Shown piece after piece: positions 56,657-64,000 of a DNA stretch of 64,000 bases; position 1 is the stretch's first letter; the number at the start of each line of letters is the position of its first letter. The stretch is from Haloferacaceae archaeon. GTDB taxonomy: Archaea > Halobacteriota > Halobacteria > Halobacteriales > Haloferacaceae. The notes beneath the pieces were generated by a model. The model had not been told where the DNA came from. It ran no database searches and worked only from the letters and a program-made list of their open reading frames with translations. The DNA lies in assembly GCA_042216345.1 (NCBI GenBank), contig JBDGUA010000014.1, positions 256-64,255 of the forward strand, in the 5' to 3' direction. A program made the translations under genes and the position numbers.

Positions 56657-56820
56657 GGAGCGTCGGTCGCCCTGTGGATGGGGCGTCGGTCGGATCTTGG
56701 GTGGGGCGTCGATCGCGACCCGGAAGGGGCATCGGTCACACCCAGGATGGGGCGTCAGTCGCGACCAGGATCAGGCGGCGGTCGCGATCAGAACTAGGCG
56801 GCGGGCGGCGATAGAAACGA
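56657..56820. repeat. Degenerate ~23-bp tandem repeat x 7 (GGGGCGTCGrTCGCGACC-like) between the DUF4382 stop and the cupin start
   Basis: Units begin at 56657, 56680, 56703, 56726, 56749, 56774 and 56797. Confidence 0.8.
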
Positions 56821-56843
56821 AAGAGGCCGTCGTCGGAATGGGG

Positions 56844-57485
56844 CTATCCCGACGTGGACGTCTGCTCCGAGGTGGTGGGCTCCGAGGCCGTCGTGTCGGT
56901 CGTCGTCCCGTTCTGCGCCGTCTCTGTCGACGTGGACTCGTAGCTGACGGTGACCTCCTCGGCGACCGGCTGGAGGACGTACGTTCCGGTCTGGCCGCGC
57001 TTCACCGGCGAGAAGTCCGCCGTGAAGGTGGTCCGTTCGTTCTCGCGGATCTCGAAGGTCCCGCTCGTCTCGCCGTCGATCTGGAAGCGCTCGAACTTCA
57101 GGGGCGCGTCGCCGGGCACCTCGACGGTGGCGTCGCCGCCGCCGTCGAGGGTGGCATCGACGCCGCCGATCTGCAGCTGGACGAACTCGTAGGCCCCGGT
57201 CTCGAGGTCGAGCTCCCCCAGGAGCGCCGACTGCTCGCCCTGGAGGTCGACGAGGTCGGCCTGGGCGTCATCGATGTCCTTCTCTTTCAGCTCCCCGTCT
57301 GCGGGTTTGATCCAGACCTCGGTGACGGTGACGACGCACGACTCGAAGTCGTCGATGTCGCCGGGCCGGTCGCTGATCCGCGTCGCCAGCGTGCCGGTGG
57401 CCTGCGTCCCGACGCAGCCGGCGATCCCGATCGTGGTTGCGGTGGCGATCCCTGCGGTCGTGGTGAGATACGTTCGTCGTTTCAT
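56844..57485 (-). CDS. DUF4382-type lipoprotein (Tat-like RR plus lipobox)
   Basis: MKRRTYLTTTAGIATATTIGIAGC. GTLATRISDRPG...VTVTEVWIKP...VDLVDLQG...YEFVQLQI...VEVPGDAPLKF. Confidence 0.7.
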   Translation of the reverse strand: MKRRTYLTTTAGIATATTIGIAGCVGTQATGTLATRISDRPGDIDDFESCVVTVTEVWIKPADGELKEKDIDDAQADLVDLQGEQSALLGELDLETGAYEFVQLQIGGVDATLDGGGDATVEVPGDAPLKFERFQIDGETSGTFEIRENERTTFTADFSPVKRGQTGTYVLQPVAEEVTVSYESTSTETAQNGTTTDTTASEPTTSEQTSTSG

Positions 57486-57586
57486 CGGTGCGGAAAACTG
57501 GAGCGCAGTTCGATGGCGGTTCGAATTCGCTGGAGGCCGGTTCGTCGTCTCTCGATTCCGAGGCGTCGTCAGCGGGATCGGGCTAT

Positions 57587-58372
57587 CTACGCGGCGGCGT
57601 GGCCGTTCGCGTCGCCCGCGGCGTGGGCCTCGCCCTGACCGGCGCCGTGGTCGGCGCTGGCGTTGGCGTCACCCTGGGCCTGGCCGTTCGCCTGGCCGTG
57701 GGCGCCGTCGTTGCCCCCGCCGACCAGGTCGCTGATGGCGGCGCCGAGGCTGCCGTTGGAGTCGCCCGAGAGGAACGAGTTGATCAGCGCGTGGAGCTCG
57801 CTCACGCGGTCGGGCGCCTGCTCGGGCATCTCGGTCGGCGGTCCGCGGCGCTCGGAGGCGTTCGCGGCCCCGGCACCGTCGTCCTCGGTCTCGTTCTCCG
57901 CCTCGTCGGCGTGGTGCTCGTCGCCCTCGTGCTCGTTTTCGTGCTCCTCGTCGTCGGCGTAGTGCTCGTCGTCCTCGTGCTCGAACTCCTGATCGGCCAG
58001 GACGAGCGAGCCGTTCTCGACCTGGTACTCGAGTTCACCGCTGAGCCGATCGGACGCCAGTTCGACCTCGAGCTCCTCGCTCGCGTTCGTCTGGAAGCTC
58101 ACGGTCCCGTTGGCGTCGGTCGTGCCGACCTGCTCGTCGTCGACCGAGACGTTGAGGCCCTCGACGCCGGAGTTGTTGCGGGTGACCGTCAGCGTCACCG
58201 TCCCGTCGTCGAGCTGCGCGTCGACCTGGACCGACGCGTCGGCGTCGTCCGGGGAGTCGTCCGCGCTGTTCACCTTCGCGTTCGCGTTCACGCCCACGCC
58301 AGCGGCGGCGGTCACGCCGGCGGTGACCAGCAGCGCCGCGAGCGCGGCAGCGACGATTGTTTTTGCGTTCAT
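57587..58372 (-). CDS. Secreted acidic His-rich protein, paralog B (paralog of 53949..54983)
   Basis: Signal MNAKTIVAAALAALLVTAGVTAAAG. Shared beta-rich module and the PEQAPDRVSELHALINSFLSGD motif. EFEHEDDEHYADDEEHENEHEGDEHH tract. Confidence 0.7.
   Translation of the reverse strand: MNAKTIVAAALAALLVTAGVTAAAGVGVNANAKVNSADDSPDDADASVQVDAQLDDGTVTLTVTRNNSGVEGLNVSVDDEQVGTTDANGTVSFQTNASEELEVELASDRLSGELEYQVENGSLVLADQEFEHEDDEHYADDEEHENEHEGDEHHADEAENETEDDGAGAANASERRGPPTEMPEQAPDRVSELHALINSFLSGDSNGSLGAAISDLVGGGNDGAHGQANGQAQGDANASADHGAGQGEAHAAGDANGHAAA
57717..57828. repeat. Arm 2 of the 112-bp near-identical inverted repeat, embedded in paralog B (partner 54436..54547)
   Basis: Reverse complement compared by hand with 54436..54547. 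Confidence 0.9.
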
Positions 58373-58456
58373 CGCATCCGGTCCTGGAAGCGCGTGGGAT
58401 ATGAACGGTCGACTCGGCCAACTCGAATTCGCCGGTCTTTGGCGCGGATCGCGCCC

Positions 58457-58483
58457 AATTAAGCCGGATTAAGTCGGGTTAAC
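58457..58483 (-). promoter_or_regulatory. Phased TTAAC / TTAAT / TTAAT motifs with 10-bp spacing (minus strand), upstream of paralog B
   Basis: The minus strand reads CAGTTAACCCGACTTAATCCGGCTTAATTGG. The cluster lies about 85-110 nt upstream of ATG 58372. Confidence 0.45.
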
Positions 58484-58612
58484 TGTCGTTCCGTCCCGCG
58501 ATCGACGGGGTGGGCCGGAGAGACCGATTCCGCGTCGGTCGCGCCACCCTCGCGCGCTCGGGACAGGTTGGCCGGCCCATCGCGTGCGCTCGGGGTTGGC
58601 GCGGGAAGGGAC

Positions 58613-59329
58613 CTACCGTTCCTGCTCGGTCTTCGCGGCCAGGTGGTCCCAGGCCCGGTCGACCGTCCGCGGCGCGAGGATGATCCCGTCCCGGACCGCC
58701 GCGATGGAGTCCTCGTCGGTGTAGTAGTCGGGCTCGCCGACCTGCTGGGAGGTACGCTGGTACTTCACGTTCTTCACGAGGTGGGCGGTGGCCACGACCG
58801 CCTCCTTGAGGCTGCGACCGACGGTGTTGGCCCCGTGGCCCTTGAGGATCTGGGCGCGGTGGTCGCCGAGGTTGGCAGCCATCCGGTCGCCCTCGGCCTC
58901 GCCGATGACCATCTTCCCGCGCTTCTCGTGGTCGTAGTCGTCGAAGACCGGGACGCCGTCGGCGAAGATGGCGCCGAGGTGGTAGGAGGCCTTGATCGGC
59001 TCGCCGGTGATGGCGAAGGGCATCACGTCCGGCGCGTGGTGGTGGACGACGCCGTCGACGTCGTCGCGGGCGCGGTAGATGGCGCGGTGGATCGCCGTCT
59101 CGCTGTAGGTGTCGACGTCGCGGTCGTCGAGGATCTCCCCGTCGAGGCTCATCTCGAGGATGTCGTCCTCCTCGACGAGGATCGAACTCTGGTACCGGGA
59201 GACGAGCATCCGGTCGTCGTGCTCGGGGTGGCGGGCGGTGACGTGTCCGAAGCCGTCGAGGATGCCCTCGTTGGTTAGTACGTGGTTCGCCGTGACCAGC
59301 TGGCTCCGCAGGTCGTCGACTGCTGACAT
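58613..59329 (-). CDS. Class II aldolase/adducin family protein
   Basis: ATG 59329 (MSAVDDLRSQLVTANHVLTNEGILDGFGHVTARHP). GVVHHHAP metal-binding His cluster. Confidence 0.8.
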   Translation of the reverse strand: MSAVDDLRSQLVTANHVLTNEGILDGFGHVTARHPEHDDRMLVSRYQSSILVEEDDILEMSLDGEILDDRDVDTYSETAIHRAIYRARDDVDGVVHHHAPDVMPFAITGEPIKASYHLGAIFADGVPVFDDYDHEKRGKMVIGEAEGDRMAANLGDHRAQILKGHGANTVGRSLKEAVVATAHLVKNVKYQRTSQQVGEPDYYTDEDSIAAVRDGIILAPRTVDRAWDHLAAKTEQER

Positions 59330-59478
59330 ACCTCTCTCCAACCAGTTCGGGGTGTTAATTCTACCGCCGTCGACGGGGGTGTCGAATCGGGGACCTCGCG
59401 GCGTTCCGGCGTCGGCTCTGGGCCACGGGGCCGCCCGGGGTGTCGCCTCGGAATCGCCGAGTCGTTTCGGCCGGCGAG

Positions 59479-59898
59479 TCAGGGCCAGTCGTCGCGCTGG
59501 TCGGCCTCGAAGACGTCCTCGTCCCCGGCGTCCGGGTCGCCGAGTTCCCAGCCGGCGGCCTCGGCGGCCTCCTCCAGCGGGAGGTACTCCCAGTCCAGGT
59601 CCTCGGCGAGGTCGCGATCCGCCTCGTCGGCGCCGACGAAGACGTGGCGGTCGGTGTCGAACTGCGCGCGCACGTTCCGGAGGCTCTCCGCTTTGCCCTG
59701 CGGGCCGGAGAAGAAGTCCTGTCTGATCCGGTGTTTGCGCGTGAAGTTGGTCACCACGTAGGTCGGGTCGTCGCTGACGACGCCGACGTACTCGGTCCAC
59801 TGGCGCGCGTCGTTGAACACGGCCGTCGGGTCGGCCAGCCGCTTGAGGGCCGACAGCTCGAACGCCAGCGTCATCTTGCTGTTGCCGCCGCTCTCCAT
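59479..59898 (-). CDS. Conserved hypothetical acidic protein
   Basis: ORF track 59479..59898. Coding-like composition. The start may instead be ATG 59874 (MTLAFELSALK). Confidence 0.5.
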   Translation of the reverse strand: MESGGNSKMTLAFELSALKRLADPTAVFNDARQWTEYVGVVSDDPTYVVTNFTRKHRIRQDFFSGPQGKAESLRNVRAQFDTDRHVFVGADEADRDLAEDLDWEYLPLEEAAEAAGWELGDPDAGDEDVFEADQRDDWP

Positions 59899-59941
59899 GC
59901 ACTACTGTCGGCGCGGTCGGTGGAAAACGGCTTCGGATTGC

Positions 59942-60190
59942 CTACCGGACCCGGTAGTAGCCTGTGAAGACCACGACGTCCCCGGAGACCAGCCCGGTGA
60001 CGTCCCCCCCGCCGTCGCTCACGCGCCTGTTTCGACTCTCCTCGCCGGCCAGTGAGCTGCCGCCGTGTACCGCCGCGAACAGGTCCTGCTGGGCCCGTTC
60101 GTCGAGTTCGTCGAAGTGGCGGACGCGCGCTCCCTCGGGGACCTCCCCCGGGCTGGCCGGAGCTACACGCAGTTGCTCGTCCTGCACCAT
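59942..60190 (-). CDS. Hypothetical small protein (82 aa)
   Basis: ATG 60190 (MVQDEQLRVAPASPGEVPEGARVRHFDELDERAQQDLF...). This is the sensible tail of ORF 59942..61147. Confidence 0.4.
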   Translation of the reverse strand: MVQDEQLRVAPASPGEVPEGARVRHFDELDERAQQDLFAAVHGGSSLAGEESRNRRVSDGGGDVTGLVSGDVVVFTGYYRVR

Positions 60191-60315
60191 GCTACTCAAT
60201 ACCAGGGTGGGGGAAATAAACGTACCGGGCGAACCCCAACTTCCGGGAACCGGAGGAGGGAGCGACGGCGAACGGGGGCCGGGATCGACCTGAATAGTCC
60301 AGACGGAGGGGCGGT

Positions 60316-60399
60316 CGAAACGAAGAGACGAGCGAAACAGAGAGCTGATCGAAACGGGGAGACATCGAAACGAAGAGACGATCGAAGCGGAGGGAACGA
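60316..60399. repeat. Purine-rich ~17-bp tandem repeat x 5 (CGAAACGAAGAGACGAT) 3' of the oxidoreductase gene
   Basis: Units begin at 60316, 60333, 60350, 60366 and 60383. The region is locally A/G-rich with low GC. Confidence 0.85.
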
Positions 60400-60441
60400 C
60401 GAAGCCCCCGAGCCGTCGAGAGTGAGTCCGGCGCGGAACGG

Positions 60442-61680
60442 CTACTGTTCGGTGGCAGCGACGATCTCGTCGAGGTCGACGGACTTCTGGAGGAGCGCCT
60501 CCTCGCGGTCCGCGACGACGCGTTCCTCGCGCATCAGCTTCTTGTAGGCCGACTGCGGCGAGAGGTCGCCGATCAGGACGCCGCCGACGATCTTCCCGTC
60601 CACGAACGCGAGGCGGCGCCACTCGGTGTCGGAGTACTTGCGTTCGATGTGCTCGTCGCCGAGGGTCGGGTGGCCGAACGAGAGGAACGGGAAGTCGAAG
60701 TGGGTGATCGAGTACGAGGAGACCCAGCGGAACTCCTTGGAACCGGGGTCGACCATGTTGTGCGCGGCGACGCTGCCCTGCTCTTTGGCGCTGCCCCACG
60801 AGCCGTTCTGGGCGTGTTTGCCGAGGATGGTGTCGAAGAATCGGGTCAGGTCGCCCGCGGCGTAGATGTCCTCGACGTTGGTCTCCAGGTACTTGTCGAC
60901 GACGACGCCGTCGTCGACTTCGACGCCGGTGCCCTGGAGGACCTCGGTGTTGAAGTCCAGCCCGATGGCGACGCCGGCGAAGTCGGCCTCGTAGCGCTCG
61001 CCGTTGGGATCGATCGCGGCCTCGACGTGGCCCTCGTCGTCGACCTCGAAGCGGTCGACGCCGCTGTCGAACACCGGCGTGACGCCGTTCTCGCGCATCG
61101 CGTCGTGCATGATCTCGGCGCCCTCCTCGCTGAGGGCGTAGCGCCACCAGGAGTTGCCGCGCATCAGGTAGTGGGCGTCGATGCCCTGGGCGCCGCAGAT
61201 CGCCGCGAGGTCGATCCCCAGCAGGCCGGCGCCGACGATCACGCCCGTGTCGGTGGCCTCGGCGTGTTCCCGGATGGCGCGGGCGTCCTGGAACGTCCAG
61301 AAGTGGTGGACGCCCTCGGCGTCGCTGTTCTCGACGGGGAGCTGCGCGGGGGTGCCGCCCGTCGCCACCAGCAGTTTGTCGTACGCGAGTATCTCGTCCT
61401 CGTGGGTCTCGATCTCGTGGGCGTCGGGGTCGATGTTCGTGACCACGGTGTTGAGCCGCAGGTCGATGTCGCGCTCCTCGTACCAGTCGGGGTCGTGGAT
61501 CGAAATCGGGGCCTCGGGGAGCTTCCCCTTGGCGAACTCCTTGATGAGAATCCGATTATACAGGGCCTCGCCCTCGTCGGTAATGACGGTGATGTCGGCG
61601 TCGGACGCCTCTTCGCGGAGGGTCTCGGCCGCCGAACTCCCCGCGATCCCGTCGCCGATGATCACGTACGACTCGCTCAT
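60442..61680 (-). CDS. NAD(P)/FAD-dependent pyridine nucleotide-disulfide oxidoreductase
   Basis: VIIGDGIAGSSAAETL (FAD), VIVGAGLLGIDLA (NAD), YAAGD. Confidence 0.85.
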   Translation of the reverse strand: MSESYVIIGDGIAGSSAAETLREEASDADITVITDEGEALYNRILIKEFAKGKLPEAPISIHDPDWYEERDIDLRLNTVVTNIDPDAHEIETHEDEILAYDKLLVATGGTPAQLPVENSDAEGVHHFWTFQDARAIREHAEATDTGVIVGAGLLGIDLAAICGAQGIDAHYLMRGNSWWRYALSEEGAEIMHDAMRENGVTPVFDSGVDRFEVDDEGHVEAAIDPNGERYEADFAGVAIGLDFNTEVLQGTGVEVDDGVVVDKYLETNVEDIYAAGDLTRFFDTILGKHAQNGSWGSAKEQGSVAAHNMVDPGSKEFRWVSSYSITHFDFPFLSFGHPTLGDEHIERKYSDTEWRRLAFVDGKIVGGVLIGDLSPQSAYKKLMREERVVADREEALLQKSVDLDEIVAATEQ

Positions 61681-62007
61681 ATGCAGGCGAATTTGTCCCC
61701 GGGGTTAATGTGGGTTGCTATCCGCGCGGATTTCTGCGTGTTTGCACAGTTCCCGGGGCCGTTGCGTCCCCCATTTACGTGTTGCTCGACTGGAACGTCT
61801 GGCCGGTGGGGCTCGCGCTCCTCCCGGCGGTCCTCCTCGGCATCCTCGCGGTCTGACGCGGCGGTCCTCCTCGACATCCTCGCGGTCCGACGCGGTGGTC
61901 GCGCCCGGCAGGGTGCGCTCTCACGTCCGCGGCACGATGCCCTTCCGCGTCCGCCGTCCAGTGCACCTTCCGTGCCCTTCAAGGCCCGACGGGCTCTACG
62001 GCGGGAT

Positions 62008-62571
62008 ATGAAGCTCCGTCAGAACGTCCGCCACTTCGCCGCCAAGCAGGCGCTGACCGCACCCGTGATCGGCGGCGTGGTCCGGGACCGCCTCGTGGAC
62101 CTGCACGTGCGGGTCTTCGGTGAGAAGGCCGCGGAGGACCGCCGGGAGGAGCGCGAGGCCCACCTGGAGGCCTTCTTCGAGTGCACCTTCGACACCTACG
62201 TCGACGCCCTCGATGCGGGGTACTCGGAGGCGGAGGCCCGCGAGATCACCCACGTCCAGGCCAACTTCGACTTCTACAACCACGGCTGGACCGAGATGAT
62301 GGAGTTCCCGGTCGACGAGCTCGACGCCCACTACGAGCGCTACGCGGAGTTTTTCGAGCGCCACGACATCGCCATCGACGACCCCCTCGGCGAGTACCGC
62401 ACCCAGGTGATCCCGGAGGCTCCCTCGACGCCGGCGAACCTGGACGCCCCCGAGCATCCCCACGCCGAGGGCGGCTTCGCCGACGACGTCTACGTCGAGG
62501 ACGAGGACGGGAACCTCCACGTCGGCGGGCGCGCGGACGCCGACGAACTGGAGCGCCAGGCCGGCGACTGA
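62008..62571 (+). CDS. Conserved hypothetical protein (DUF6149-like)
   Basis: ATG 62008 (MKLRQNVRHFAAKQALT...ITHVQANFDFYNHGWTEMMEFP). This is the sensible tail of ORF 60649..62571. Confidence 0.6.
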   Translation: MKLRQNVRHFAAKQALTAPVIGGVVRDRLVDLHVRVFGEKAAEDRREEREAHLEAFFECTFDTYVDALDAGYSEAEAREITHVQANFDFYNHGWTEMMEFPVDELDAHYERYAEFFERHDIAIDDPLGEYRTQVIPEAPSTPANLDAPEHPHAEGGFADDVYVEDEDGNLHVGGRADADELERQAGD

Positions 62572-62594
62572 GTGGAGCGCCAGGCCGGCGACTG
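62549..62594. repeat. Perfect 22-bp direct repeat (TGGAGCGCCAGGCCGGCGACTG, period 24) spanning the stop codon of CDS 62008..62571
   Basis: Copies at 62549..62570 and 62573..62594. The first copy ends in GAC TGA, the second in GAC TGC. Confidence 0.9.
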
Positions 62595-62701
62595 CGCCCC
62601 CGGACCCAGCGGACGCCGCTTGATCGGGTCGGGCGATCCGACGCGCCCTCGACCTGCTGCACGGGCAACGTTCTTGGTAGTGCCGGCCATAGGGGTCGTC
62701 A

Positions 62702-63106
62702 ATGGAGGACATCTTCGCCGCGCGGATCATGTCTACGGACCTCCACACCGTCTCGCCAGACACGCTGGTCGAGGAGGCGGCGCAGGTCCTGCTGGACAAC
62801 GACATTGGCGCGGTCCCCGTCGTCGACGGGGAGAACCGCCTCGTGGGAATCCTGACCACCACTGACTTCGTCACCATCGTCGCCAACAGCGAGCCGAAGG
62901 CCGAGACGACGGTGGCCAGGTACATGACCACCGACGTCGTCACCGCCGACCCCCAGGAGACGATCGTCACCGTCGCCACGACCATGCTCGAGGGCGGGTT
63001 CCACCACGTCCCGGTCGTCGACGAGGTCAAGGGGCTCATCGGCATCGTCTCCACGACGGACCTGGCGGCGTATCTCTCGGACGCCCAGTCCGCGAGCATT
63101 CGCTGA
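62702..63106 (+). CDS. CBS domain pair protein
   Basis: Two CBS repeats (IMSTDLHTVSPDT...GAVPVVD...GILTTTDF, and YMTTDVVTADP...HHVPVVD...GIVSTTDL). Confidence 0.85.
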   Translation: MEDIFAARIMSTDLHTVSPDTLVEEAAQVLLDNDIGAVPVVDGENRLVGILTTTDFVTIVANSEPKAETTVARYMTTDVVTADPQETIVTVATTMLEGGFHHVPVVDEVKGLIGIVSTTDLAAYLSDAQSASIR

Positions 63107-63117
63107 CCCAGGGGACG

Positions 63118-64000
63118 CTACCGCCCGGGCTCGCTCCGTTTCTCCGCGATCCGGTCCGCGCACTCGTAGCCCGCGACGACGCCCCCGTTGAGGCTCCGTT
63201 CGGGGTACTGCGCCCGCGAGGCCATCCCCGCGTAGTAGACCCCGTCGCCGACCGCCTCGCCCAGGTCGTAGGGGACCACCATGTCCAGGTACCCACGCTC
63301 GTAGACGGGCGCGGCGCGCGGGTTGCGCGCGAGGCGGAAGCGCTCGACCGAATCGCGGTCGAACGCGGGGAACATCTCGCCGACGTGGTCGAGCCAGCGC
63401 TCCTCGATCTCGGCGTCGCTGGCCTGCCAGAGCCACTCCTCGGGCGACTGGATGTAGGAGGCGACGTAGAGGAGGTGCTGGCCGCCGTAGCGCTCCGGCG
63501 GCACGAAGTTCGTGTGCTCGATCAGCGCCCCGAAGGGGGCGTCGTGGCCGATGTTGAGCCAGTAGGTCCCGGTGAGCGGTTCGTCCATCGTGACGACGGC
63601 GCAGACCGCGCCCTGGAAGTCGACGTCGCACTCGTAGCCCGTCAGGTCCTCCAGGACGTTCGGCATCGCCGCGACGACGACGTCGCTGACCTCGTGCGTT
63701 CGGCTCCCCTCGGCGGTCTCGACGGTGAGCGACTCGACCGCGCCGTCGGCGAAGCCGAGGTCGGTCACCCGGGCCCCGGTGGTCACGTTCTCCCGGCCGA
63801 CGTCCTCGACGAGGGCGTCCAGCAGCACACCGAACCCGCCGTCGAGGTAGCCGAGGATCTCCCCGCGCAGGAGGTCGCGCTCCCCGCGGAACTTGATGCG
63901 CCCGAGGAGCCACGCCGCCGAGACGTCCTCCTTGCGGTCGCCGAACTTCGCGTCGAGCAGCGGCCCGAAGAAGTTCTCGTAGACGCCCTCGCTGGCGTGT
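63118..64000 (-). CDS. NAD(P)/FAD-dependent oxidoreductase (amine oxidase / phytoene desaturase-like). The N-terminal part lies beyond the window edge.
   Basis: The frame stays open from 63828 to nt 64000 (...YENFFGPLLDAKFGDRKEDVSAAWLLGRIKFRGE...). C-terminal YYAGMASRAQYPERS. Confidence 0.7.
   Translation of the reverse strand, partial: HASEGVYENFFGPLLDAKFGDRKEDVSAAWLLGRIKFRGERDLLRGEILGYLDGGFGVLLDALVEDVGRENVTTGARVTDLGFADGAVESLTVETAEGSRTHEVSDVVVAAMPNVLEDLTGYECDVDFQGAVCAVVTMDEPLTGTYWLNIGHDAPFGALIEHTNFVPPERYGGQHLLYVASYIQSPEEWLWQASDAEIEERWLDHVGEMFPAFDRDSVERFRLARNPRAAPVYERGYLDMVVPYDLGEAVGDGVYYAGMASRAQYPERSLNGGVVAGYECADRIAEKRSEPGR

Overview
High-GC sequence (G+C judged by eye, not computed) whose ORFs encode strongly acidic proteins. 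Tat and lipobox signals and TATA-like boxes about 27-30 nt upstream of ATG codons are frequent. Together these point to a chromosomal segment from a haloarchaeon (class Halobacteria). I call 64 protein-coding genes, mostly housekeeping: idi, a JAMM protease, aldehyde dehydrogenase, MaeB-type malic enzyme, MscS, a ZIP transporter, mutY-like, RecJ-like, birA plus biotin carboxylase, asd, moaB, gshA-like, pspA, elp3, deoC and pyrG-guaA. I found no rRNA, tRNA, CRISPR array, transposase, integrase or recognisable defence gene, so most of the window is core genome.

Observations worth a second look:
1. At 53.8-58.5 kb, two diverged secreted acidic paralogs lie in inverted orientation. They share a 112-bp near-identical core and a phased TTAAT upstream element, and they bracket a cassette of wHTH, Cys-motif protein, cupin and DUF4382 lipoprotein.
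2. Three ribosome-rescue or quality-control factors occur in one window: RqcH/NFACT and Pelota in one co-directional block, and a Vms1-like peptidyl-tRNA hydrolase 25 kb away.
3. A 36-bp x 4.7 tandem array ending in a perfect 10-bp hairpin sits just upstream of pelota.
4. pspA is followed by a 20-bp x 5 array and a four-TM membrane gene that appears frameshifted in a CG run.
5. A leaderless-type ATG is followed after five codons by an in-frame TAA, yet coding-like sequence continues.
6. Short degenerate tandem repeats recur directly 3' of stop codons.
7. MoaB carries a His/Asp-rich N-terminal tail.

All functional calls rest on reading the translations by eye. No database search was run.
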